From Gemmatimonadales bacterium (GTDB lineage: Bacteria; Gemmatimonadota; Gemmatimonadetes; Gemmatimonadales; GWC2-71-9): a stretch of DNA of 45,219 nucleotides. Position 1 is the first letter of the stretch; every line of letters begins with the position of its first letter. Shown piece by piece: positions 38,368-45,219 of the stretch. The stretch spans positions 1 through 45,219 of the forward strand of contig DAOMFQ010000001.1 of the NCBI GenBank assembly GCA_035429905.1, given 5' to 3'. The notes under the pieces were generated by a model. That model worked only from the letters and a program-made list of their open reading frames with translations, did not search any database and was not told the DNA's origin. The translations under genes and the position numbers were made by a program.

Positions 38368-39087
38368 ATGCTGTATATCTGCATTCCGAGCCGTAACGAG
38401 GCCGCCACCGTCGGGCTCCTCCTGTGGAAGATCCGGCAGGTGTTCACCTCCACGCCACGCGAGTACCAGCTGGTGGTGGGCGACGACGCCTCCACCGACG
38501 CGACCGCGGAGGTGCTGGCGCCCTACGTGAAAGTGCTGCCCCTGACGGTCCTTCGGCAGGACCGCCACCAGGGGTACGCCCGGACCCTCGAGCGCCTGCT
38601 GCGCCATGCCGTGGCCGAGAGCGACCGGCCACGCCGCGATGCCGCCGTCGTGCTCCACGGCGACTTCCTCCACGACCCCGCCACCATTCCGGAGCTCCTC
38701 AAGAAGTTCGACAGCGGGGCGGACCTGATCGTGGCGGAGAGCCGGGGCGAAGGGGCGCCCACCCGTGGGCATCGCTGGCTCCGGCGCTACGCTCCCCTGC
38801 TCCTGCGCCGGCGGGTCCGGGTGCCCGGGGTGCGGGACACCGTCAGCGGATTCCTGGCGATGCGGCTCAGCGTCGCAAAAGACGCCCTGCCCGGCAGCGG
38901 CCCGGTACTCACCACCGAGGGCTGGGCCGCCAACGCCGAGCTGATCGCCCGGGCGGCCGCGGCCTCGCGCCGGATCGAGACGGTCGAGACGCGCGAGCGT
39001 TACGACCTGCTGCAGCATCCCGTCGACACCGATCCCTGGGTCGAGGCGAAGGCACTCTGGCGGACTCCCCTCAGCGTGTCGGGATGA
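38368..39087 (+). CDS. glycosyltransferase family 2 (polyprenol-phosphate glycosyltransferase-like)
   Basis: The protein contains YICIPSRNEAATVG, the DxD-type motif VVGDDASTDAT and DLIVAES. The start lies 6 nt after the GT4 stop. Confidence 0.8.
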   Translation: MLYICIPSRNEAATVGLLLWKIRQVFTSTPREYQLVVGDDASTDATAEVLAPYVKVLPLTVLRQDRHQGYARTLERLLRHAVAESDRPRRDAAVVLHGDFLHDPATIPELLKKFDSGADLIVAESRGEGAPTRGHRWLRRYAPLLLRRRVRVPGVRDTVSGFLAMRLSVAKDALPGSGPVLTTEGWAANAELIARAAAASRRIETVETRERYDLLQHPVDTDPWVEAKALWRTPLSVSG

Positions 39088-39857
39088 TGCTCGGGCCCGT
39101 GCTGCTCCTCGCCTTGCAGGCGCCCCCGGCTGCTCCGCCCACCCCACCGGCGCCGATGCCGAACTATCCCTTTGCGGTCGGCGAGCGACTGACCTTCTCC
39201 GCCAAGCTCGGCATCATCACCCTTGGCGAGGGCCACGTGGAGGTCGCACGGATCGACACGATCCGCGGGGTGGATGCGTTCGTCTTCCGCTTCACCCTGG
39301 AGGGCGGGGTTCCGCTCTACAGCCTCGACGACACCCTCGAATCGTGGACCGGGGTGCAGGACCTGCTCTCCCGCCGGTTCGTGCAGCGCCAGTTCGAGGG
39401 CGGCAAGTACCGGTTCCGCACGTACGAGATCTTTCCCGACTCGGGCGTCTATCACGAGCTGATCAAGAAGAAGTCCGGGCAGACCTCGTCGTTCCCGATC
39501 GACGACGCGGGGTTCCTGTACTTCGTGCGCGTGACGCCGCTCGAGGTCGGCAAGACTTACTCGTTCGACCGATACTTCAAGAAGGAGCTGAACCCGGTCG
39601 TGCTGAAGGTGCACAAACGCGAGCAGATGGAGCTTCCCGACGGGACCAAGGTCCAGTGCCTTGTGGTCCAGCCCATCGTCGGGGAAAAGGGCAGCCTCTT
39701 CAGCCGCCAGTCGGACACCCGGGTCTGGCTGACGGACGACGAACGGCGCATCCCGGTCCAGATCCGCATCCGGTTCCCGTTCGGGGTCATCACGATGCGC
39801 CTGAAGGCCATGGACATCCCTCCCCGCGCCGCTCCGGCGCACGCGCCACCGGCATGA
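39084..39857 (+). CDS. DUF3108 domain protein (secreted beta-barrel-like)
   Basis: ATGA overlap with the GT2 stop. It has an N-terminal hydrophobic signal (MMLGPVLLLALQAPP). The body reads FAVGERLTFSAKLGIITLGEGHVEV...FRFTLEG...RVWLTDDERRIPVQIRIRFPFGVITMRL, which is the DUF3108 pattern. Confidence 0.75.
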   Translation: MMLGPVLLLALQAPPAAPPTPPAPMPNYPFAVGERLTFSAKLGIITLGEGHVEVARIDTIRGVDAFVFRFTLEGGVPLYSLDDTLESWTGVQDLLSRRFVQRQFEGGKYRFRTYEIFPDSGVYHELIKKKSGQTSSFPIDDAGFLYFVRVTPLEVGKTYSFDRYFKKELNPVVLKVHKREQMELPDGTKVQCLVVQPIVGEKGSLFSRQSDTRVWLTDDERRIPVQIRIRFPFGVITMRLKAMDIPPRAAPAHAPPA

Positions 39858-40807
39858 CCTACCGGGAGCCGGACCTGGGCCGGCTGCGCACCGTGCCGGT
39901 CGGGGGCCGGGCCAACAAGGTCGACCCGACCCTGCTCGCCCACACCCCGGGCGCCTCGCGCTCCTTCGGCGCCTTCCTCGAGAGCCTGCCCGACGTGCTC
40001 GCCGCCCGCGACCTCCGCACGGTGGCCGGCGCCGTGGCCTCCGCGGCCCGCGACCGGCGGGGCGTCGTTCTCCTCCTTGGCGGGCACGTCATCAAGGTCG
40101 GTCTCGGGCCCCTCATCGCCGACTGGATCCGCCGCGGCATCGTGACGCATGTCGCGATGAACGGCGCCGCCGCCATTCACGACTTCGAGTTGACGGCGTT
40201 TGGCGGCACCAGCGAGGACGTCGCGGCCGGCCTGGAGGACGGCACCTTCGGCATGGCCGAGGAGACTGGCCGCGAGATGAACGCCGCCATCGCCGCCGCG
40301 TCCCGGGACCAGCGCGGCATGGGCGAGGGATTGGCGCGCCATCTCGCCGGGATGCCGGAGCGGCCGGGCGACGCAGTGTCGGTGCTGCTCGCCTGCCACC
40401 GGCAAGATGTGCCGGTCACGGTGCACACCGCCGTCGGCGCCGAGATCATTCATCAGCACCCCTCGGCAGACGGCGCCGCCATGGGCGCCACGAGCCACCG
40501 GGACTTCCTTCGGCTGGCCGGTTCCCTGCCGGCCCTCGATCAGGGCGGCGTAGTGTTGAACTGGGGGAGCGCCGTGATCATGCCGGAGGTGTTCCTCAAG
40601 GCGCTGACCATCGCACGCAATCTCGACGGGGGAAAGCCGACGCATTTCCTGGCGGCCGACTTCGACATGCAGCGCCAGTACCGGCCGCGGGTCAACGTGG
40701 TCCAGCGGCCCACGCTCGCGGGCGGCACCGGCATCCAGGTGACGGGCCATCACGAGCTGATGTTTCCGCTGCTGTATTGGTCGGTGCTGGAGGCACTGCC
40801 GGGCTGA
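39854..40807 (+). CDS. deoxyhypusine synthase-like (DHS-like NAD-binding fold) family protein
   Basis: ATGA overlap with the DUF3108 stop. VVLLLGGHVIKVGLGPLIADWIRRGIVTHVAMNGAAAIHDFE parallels the DHS segment FLGYTSNLISSGIR...VDVLVTTAGGVEEDL. The C-terminal HHELMFPLLYWSV parallels ASLVFPLLVAETF. Confidence 0.6.
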   Translation: MTYREPDLGRLRTVPVGGRANKVDPTLLAHTPGASRSFGAFLESLPDVLAARDLRTVAGAVASAARDRRGVVLLLGGHVIKVGLGPLIADWIRRGIVTHVAMNGAAAIHDFELTAFGGTSEDVAAGLEDGTFGMAEETGREMNAAIAAASRDQRGMGEGLARHLAGMPERPGDAVSVLLACHRQDVPVTVHTAVGAEIIHQHPSADGAAMGATSHRDFLRLAGSLPALDQGGVVLNWGSAVIMPEVFLKALTIARNLDGGKPTHFLAADFDMQRQYRPRVNVVQRPTLAGGTGIQVTGHHELMFPLLYWSVLEALPG

Positions 40808-40826
40808 TCGGGTGGGCCGGATGCAC

Positions 40827-40853
40827 GACGCGCCCGGCATGACCGGGCGCGTC
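40827..40853. terminator. perfect 11-bp GC-rich hairpin between convergent genes (bidirectional terminator candidate)
   Basis: GACGCGCCCGG-catga-CCGGGCGCGTC starts 20 nt after the DHS-like stop and ends 40 nt before the stop of the small membrane protein gene. Confidence 0.5.
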
Positions 40854-40892
40854 GGGACCTGCAGGAGTCAGGCGGTGGGCCTGGACCAGGGC

Positions 40893-41096
40893 TTAGCCCT
40901 TGATGGTCTCTTTCACCTTGTCCGCGGTGCTCGGGCTGATGACCCGCAGGACGAGGTAGATGATGAAGCCCCAAAACGCGAAGTAGAGAATCGTGCCGAG
41001 CAGGCCGAGCACGATGCCGAAGATCGAGCCGAGGATCTTCAGCACGAAGAGGGCGATGACCGCGAAGGCGGCAAAGCCCACCATGTTGCGTACCAT
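40893..41096 (-). CDS. small (67 aa) two-TM membrane protein
   Basis: The protein reads MVRNMVGFAAFAVIALFVLKILGSIFGIVLGLLGTILYFAFWGFIIYLVLRV plus a charged tail. GGAGG lies 9 nt upstream of the ATG. It is flanked by the terminator hairpin. Confidence 0.65.
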   Translation of the reverse strand: MVRNMVGFAAFAVIALFVLKILGSIFGIVLGLLGTILYFAFWGFIIYLVLRVISPSTADKVKETIKG

Positions 41097-41169
41097 TTCT
41101 CACCCCTCCAGGTAGACGGACGTGCCAGCCCTACGCCCCGATGTTTCAAAAAGTTTCGTGGAGCTGTAA

Positions 41170-42279
41170 GTGACTACTGGATATGACGTTGTAATTGTGG
41201 GTGGAGGCGCCATTGGCGCGGCGTGCGCCCGGGAGCTGGCCCGGACCGGGCGCAGCGTGGCGTTCCTCGACCCCGATTCCGACGACGGCCAGGCGTGGCG
41301 TGCGGCGGCCGGGATGCTTGCCCCGGAAATCGAGTCGCGCGACTCCGACGATCCGACTGTTGCCCTCGGCGTGGCGGGGCGGGAACGCCTGGAGGTGCTC
41401 GCCGAGCGCCTTCGGGAGTCGCTCGGGGCGGACATCGGGCTCTTCCGCGAGGGCATCGCACAGGTCGCGTTCGACGACACCGACGAAACTCGGCTCCGGG
41501 CCCAAGTGGCGCACCAGCGCCAGCAGTCGCTTCACGTGGACTGGCTCGACGCCGACGAAGCCAGGAATCGCTGGCCATGGCTCGGGCCGGTACAGGGCGC
41601 CCTTTGGGCTCCCGGCGGCGGCGCCGTCGACCCGCAACGGCTTGTCGAGGCGCTCCGGGCCGACGCGGTTCGACTCGGCGCGGTGCGTATCCAGGACAAG
41701 GCCGTCGCCGTCGAACGCCACGGCGATCGGGTGGCCGCTGTTCGGGGGGCGGAGCGGTACCCGGCGCGGGATGTCGTGATCGCCGCGGGGGCGTGGTCAG
41801 GCCTGCTCGAGGGGCTTCCCCGCCCCCTGGCCGTCGCCCCGGTGCGCGGCGAGATGGCCGCCCTGCCCGCCCCCGAGGGGGTTGGGCACTCGATTGTCTA
41901 CGGCAAGGGCGCCTACCTCGTCGGCCGCGGCACCGAAGTGACCGTCGGCTCGACGATGGAATACGGCGGCTTCCGGAACGAGGTGACCGCGGCCGGACTC
42001 GCCCGGATCTTCGCCGGGGCAAGCCAGATCTGCCCCGCGCTCGCCCGGGCCCCGGTCACGCGCACCTGGTCCGGCCTCAGGCCGGTTTCCGCCGACGGAC
42101 TCCCCCTCCTGGGAGCGGATCCCAGCCTCGGCGGGCTGTGGTACGCCACCGGTCACGGGCGAAACGGGATCCTGCTCTCCGGCATCACGGGGGTCCTGAT
42201 TCGCCAACTGGTGACGGGGGAGGCCACCGTCATCGAGGACCTCAGCGCCTACGACCCCGGCCGGTTCTGGCGATGGTAG
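41170..42279 (+). CDS. FAD-dependent glycine/D-amino-acid oxidase (ThiO-like, DAO family)
   Basis: It has the dinucleotide fold YDVVIVGGGAIGAACARELARTG, the motif AAAGMLAP and the C-terminal ATGHGRNGILLSGITG typical of ThiO. GTG start at 41170. Confidence 0.7.
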   Translation: MTTGYDVVIVGGGAIGAACARELARTGRSVAFLDPDSDDGQAWRAAAGMLAPEIESRDSDDPTVALGVAGRERLEVLAERLRESLGADIGLFREGIAQVAFDDTDETRLRAQVAHQRQQSLHVDWLDADEARNRWPWLGPVQGALWAPGGGAVDPQRLVEALRADAVRLGAVRIQDKAVAVERHGDRVAAVRGAERYPARDVVIAAGAWSGLLEGLPRPLAVAPVRGEMAALPAPEGVGHSIVYGKGAYLVGRGTEVTVGSTMEYGGFRNEVTAAGLARIFAGASQICPALARAPVTRTWSGLRPVSADGLPLLGADPSLGGLWYATGHGRNGILLSGITGVLIRQLVTGEATVIEDLSAYDPGRFWRW

Positions 42280-43103
42280 GGTTCGGCACCGCCGCTCGGT
42301 TCTTCCTGCTCGCGGCCCTGCCCGGGATCGCCTCAGCCCAACAACCGTCTTCGATCACGGCCGAGCGGCGCAGCTACGCCGAGTGGCTCACCTCGTCCTC
42401 CGTCTCCCCGCTGGCCGCCGTCGCGATGCACCGGCTGAGCGGATCCGCCACGCTGGGCCCCGACACCGCGGACATTCCCCTGAAGGGATTCGGGCCCGCC
42501 ACCGTGCGCGAGCGCGGCGGGGTGGTGACTCTCGTCGGCCCAGGCGACCAGACCCGCGCGCTGCCGCGAGGCCGCGCGGTGAGTGTCCCCCCGTGGACGC
42601 TCCAGGTGCAGGGCGCGGCGGGCGCCAGCGTGCTGCTCGTCTACGGCAGGCCGGGCGGCGCGGCGCCTGCCTGGTATCCGCCGGACGGCCGGCTCAGCTT
42701 CATCGTGCCCCTCGACCCGCCGGCCAGAGCCGAGCGCCGGCGTGTGCTCACCCTGGACGGCATCGACGTCGAGGCCGAAATGGCCGGGACGGTCACGGTT
42801 CCGTTGGGCCCATCCCGGACCCGCCTCTCCGTCATGCGCATGCCGGTGCCGGGCACCGAGGAGACCGAACTCCAGGTGTATTTCCGCGACGCGACCAACG
42901 ACCGCGGCACCTACCCCGCGGGCCGATTCGTCGAGCTCACTCCCGTGGACGGCGGCAAGTACCGTATCGATTTCAACCTCGCCCGGAATCCCTTCTGCGC
43001 CTACAGCTCGGTGTACCCCTGCCCGGTCCCCTGGCCCGGGAACAGCGTGCCAGTGGCCGTCGAGGCCGGAGAGAAATACCAGCCTGGCAAGACGGGCACA
43101 TAG
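42273..43103 (+). CDS. DUF1684 domain protein with signal peptide
   Basis: The ATG overlaps the oxidase stop (ATGGTAG). The protein contains YFRDATNDRGTYPAGRFVEL, IDFNLARNPFCAYSSVYPCPVPWPGN and EAGEKY. Confidence 0.8.
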   Translation: MVGFGTAARFFLLAALPGIASAQQPSSITAERRSYAEWLTSSSVSPLAAVAMHRLSGSATLGPDTADIPLKGFGPATVRERGGVVTLVGPGDQTRALPRGRAVSVPPWTLQVQGAAGASVLLVYGRPGGAAPAWYPPDGRLSFIVPLDPPARAERRRVLTLDGIDVEAEMAGTVTVPLGPSRTRLSVMRMPVPGTEETELQVYFRDATNDRGTYPAGRFVELTPVDGGKYRIDFNLARNPFCAYSSVYPCPVPWPGNSVPVAVEAGEKYQPGKTGT

Positions 43104-43104
43104 C

Positions 43105-44286
43105 ATGACCACGATGCTCGGCGTCCTGCTGGCGGCGCTCCTCCCTTGGGTTACGCCGCTGGCAGGACCCTGGAGGGCCGCGCTGGACCTCGCCGGGGGC
43201 ACCCTCCGATTCTCGATCGAGGTGGACCCTGGGGCCCCGGTTCAGGCGCGACTCTGCAACGGCACCACCTGCGAGCCGTTCTCGGCTGTCCGCGTGCTCG
43301 GCGACACGGTCGTCTTCGAACTCGCCGACTACGCCGCCACGATCCGAACGGTCCGCCTCGGCGATTCGCTGGTGGGGGCCTACTCCAATGTCGGCAATCG
43401 CGGACCGCGAACCATTCCGTTCCGCGCCGCCAGGGGGCGCTGGCCGGTTGAACCAGCTGCGGCCGGGCTGCTCGGGACCTGGGACGCCTGGTTCGGGCCC
43501 GAGGGCCGACGCACTCCCCGGGTACTGGAGGTCGCCAACTCACCGGTCGGCATGACGGGCACCGTCCTGTCCAATTCCGGCGACTACGGCGCCTTCTGGG
43601 GCGAGGCGTCCGGCGGCCGATTCACGCTTGGGCACTTCGACGGGTCGTTCGTCTACCTGATCACGGGGGAACTGGCAGGGGACACGCTGCGCGGGGTCTT
43701 CCATGCCGGGCTCCGCAGCCAGACGCCGTTCTTCGCCACCCGGAGCCGGGGCGGCGCGCACCTGACCCCGCCGACCGAGGTCACCAGGGCGGATACGTCC
43801 GCACCCTTCCGGTTTGCCTTTCCCGGGCTGGACGGGGTCGTGGTGACGAACGAGGACCCCCGGTTTCGCGGCAAGGTGGTCATGGTGGACATCTTCGGGA
43901 CCTGGTGCCCGAACTGCCACGACGCCGCCCCCACCCTGCTCGAGCTCTACCAGACCTACCACGCCAGGGGATTCGAGGTGGTGAGCCTGGCCTACGAGGT
44001 GACGGGGGACCCCGCCGTTGACGGCCAGCTGGTCCGGCGATTCCAGCAGAAGTTCGGCATCCCGTGGCCGATCCTGCTGGCCGGCGTCAACGAGACCGAC
44101 CTCACGGCCGCCACGCTGCCCCAGCTGCAGGGGTTTACCGCCTACCCCACCCTGCTCTTTCTGGACCGGCAAGGCCGGGTCCGGAGGATCCACGCCGGCT
44201 TCTATGGGCCCGCCACCGGAGCCCAGTACACGAAACTCCGGGCGGACCTCCATACGTACATCGAGGAATTGCTTGGGCCAAATTGA
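43105..44286 (+). CDS. TlpA/ResA-like thiol:disulfide oxidoreductase with ~230-aa N-terminal extra domain
   Basis: The start lies 1 nt after the DUF1684 stop. The C-terminal thioredoxin fold carries GKVVMVDIFGTWCPNCHDAAP and YPTLLFLDRQGRV. The N-terminal half (LRFSIEV...GTWDAWFG...GHFDGSFVYLITGEL) is not recognised. Confidence 0.8.
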   Translation: MTTMLGVLLAALLPWVTPLAGPWRAALDLAGGTLRFSIEVDPGAPVQARLCNGTTCEPFSAVRVLGDTVVFELADYAATIRTVRLGDSLVGAYSNVGNRGPRTIPFRAARGRWPVEPAAAGLLGTWDAWFGPEGRRTPRVLEVANSPVGMTGTVLSNSGDYGAFWGEASGGRFTLGHFDGSFVYLITGELAGDTLRGVFHAGLRSQTPFFATRSRGGAHLTPPTEVTRADTSAPFRFAFPGLDGVVVTNEDPRFRGKVVMVDIFGTWCPNCHDAAPTLLELYQTYHARGFEVVSLAYEVTGDPAVDGQLVRRFQQKFGIPWPILLAGVNETDLTAATLPQLQGFTAYPTLLFLDRQGRVRRIHAGFYGPATGAQYTKLRADLHTYIEELLGPN

Positions 44287-44417
44287 GGCCCAAAAACCCG
44301 ACATCCCACATGAGGTATCGCAAGCTAAATCCCTTGTGCCATAGATGGTTAACTTTGGGACACCCCCTTGCATTTTTTGGCGGTATTGCCCATCGTGGTA
44401 ACGGTCTGGTCACGTCT

Positions 44418-44434
44418 GGGGGGGGTGCCCCCCC
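44418..44434 (+). promoter_or_regulatory. G8-TG-C7 homopolymeric inverted repeat in the 5' region of the OMP gene
   Basis: GGGGGGGGTGCCCCCCC lies 32 nt upstream of ATG 44466, inside an unusually AT-richer 179-nt intergenic region. It can form a 7-bp G:C hairpin. Confidence 0.4.
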
Positions 44435-44465
44435 AATCCACGGTTATTGGGGGAGGGCAGGCGGC

Positions 44466-45029
44466 ATGACGCGCTGGTTCCGTTCGCTCACATTGGCCGC
44501 CATCCTCGGGATGGCACTCAGCTCGACCGCCTCCGCCCAGGTGGCCATCGGGCTCACCGGCGGCGTCAATTCCAGCACCCTCACCGGCAGCGGCGCCGAC
44601 AGCCTTGACGTCAGTTCCGGCACCGGCGGCGGCGGCGGCGGGTACGTCAACCTCTACCTCGGCAGCAAGTTCTCCGTCGAGGGACAGGTGCTGTTCATGG
44701 CCCAATCCTTCGACGTGTCCTCGGAGAGCGTCACCCAGGGGTACATCGAGATCCCCGCACTCCTCAAGTTCTACGCCGGGAAGCTGAATCTCTTCGTCGG
44801 TCCGGCGATCAGCTGGCAGGTCTCGTGCAGCACCGATCTGACTACGACAGATTGCGACCAGGCCGCGACCTCCCTCTGGAGCGGCATCGCCGGTGCCGGA
44901 GTGCAGTTCGGGAAGCTGGGCGTCGAAGCCCACTACCAGACCGGCTTCAGCGACGCGATCGAGAACGTGGACGCCAGCTATGGCTCCTGGTACTTCATGG
45001 CGCGGCTGGCGATTCTGGGGAGCCGGTAG
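44466..45029 (+). CDS. small outer-membrane beta-barrel protein (OmpW/OMP_b-brl-like)
   Basis: It has a signal peptide (MTRWFRSLTLAAILGMALSSTASAQ), alternating hydrophobic beta-strand pattern and an aromatic C-terminal strand region (GSWYFMARLAILG). GGGAGGG lies 8 nt upstream of the ATG. Confidence 0.75.
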   Translation: MTRWFRSLTLAAILGMALSSTASAQVAIGLTGGVNSSTLTGSGADSLDVSSGTGGGGGGYVNLYLGSKFSVEGQVLFMAQSFDVSSESVTQGYIEIPALLKFYAGKLNLFVGPAISWQVSCSTDLTTTDCDQAATSLWSGIAGAGVQFGKLGVEAHYQTGFSDAIENVDASYGSWYFMARLAILGSR

Positions 45030-45115
45030 GTCCACCTTCGCCAACTTCGGTTGACGGAGTATCTGGGCAGGGCGTGACGTGGTCGAGTTCTCAACCCCCA
45101 TCTCAGGAGATGACG

Positions 45116-45219
45116 ATGCGCAAGCTCTTCCGGATTTCCACACTGGCCGCCCTGGCGCTCTGTGCCACGGCGCTCACCGCCCAGGCGCAGCGTGCCAAAC
45201 AGATGGGACTCGTGGCCGG
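45116..45219 (+). CDS. secreted protein, N-terminal fragment only (continues beyond the window end)
   Basis: Absent from the ORF track because it is open at the edge. AGGAG at 45105-45109 is followed by ATGACGATG. Reading from ATG 45116 gives MRKLFRISTLAALALCATALTAQAQ, a signal peptide. Confidence 0.55.
   Translation, partial: MRKLFRISTLAALALCATALTAQAQRAKQMGLVA

Overview
This is a very GC-rich bacterial chromosomal segment. Third codon positions are almost always G/C, and every real gene is shadowed by long Arg/Gly/Pro-rich antisense or out-of-frame ORFs. The beta-barrel OMP, lipoprotein and PCuAC/SCO1 genes suggest a diderm organism. I support about 48 protein genes, mostly in tightly packed, translationally coupled operons with ATGA/GTGA start-stop overlaps. 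In order: (1) minus-strand aminotransferase, 166-aa unknown, HerA-like ATPase, Mre11-type SbcD and Rad50/SbcC (partial); (2) a degenerate DEAD-box/DbpA-domain protein and HU; (3) tdk-coaE-gcvH-gcvP and a lipoate ligase-like gene; (4) a roughly 7.8 kb Dpp/Opp-type ABC peptide importer operon continuing into RidA, PhzF, CsaA and an M55 D-aminopeptidase; (5) uppS plus two unknown membrane proteins; (6) an HTH regulator and membrane protein pair; (7) a CtaG-PCuAC-SCO1 copper cluster plus an esterase; (8) a half-size TauE, a POT peptide transporter, a secreted DUF1028 protein, a coiled-coil protein and an FmdB zinc ribbon; (9) a lipoprotein and a C26 amidotransferase; (10) an orphan 241-aa protein head-to-head with a five-gene module (hybrid histidine kinase, GT4, GT2, DUF3108, deoxyhypusine-synthase-like); (11) a ThiO-like oxidase, DUF1684 and TlpA-like thioredoxin; (12) small OMP genes. 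I saw no rRNA, tRNA, CRISPR array, transposase or integrase. The most interesting candidates are the archaeal-style HerA-Mre11-Rad50 cluster with a small unknown protein where NurA would be expected, the HK-GT-GT-DUF3108-DHS-like module, and the catalytically degenerate DEAD-box paralogue. Start codons were chosen by motif position, SD-like sequences and coupling overlaps. All family calls come from motif recognition by eye, not from searches.
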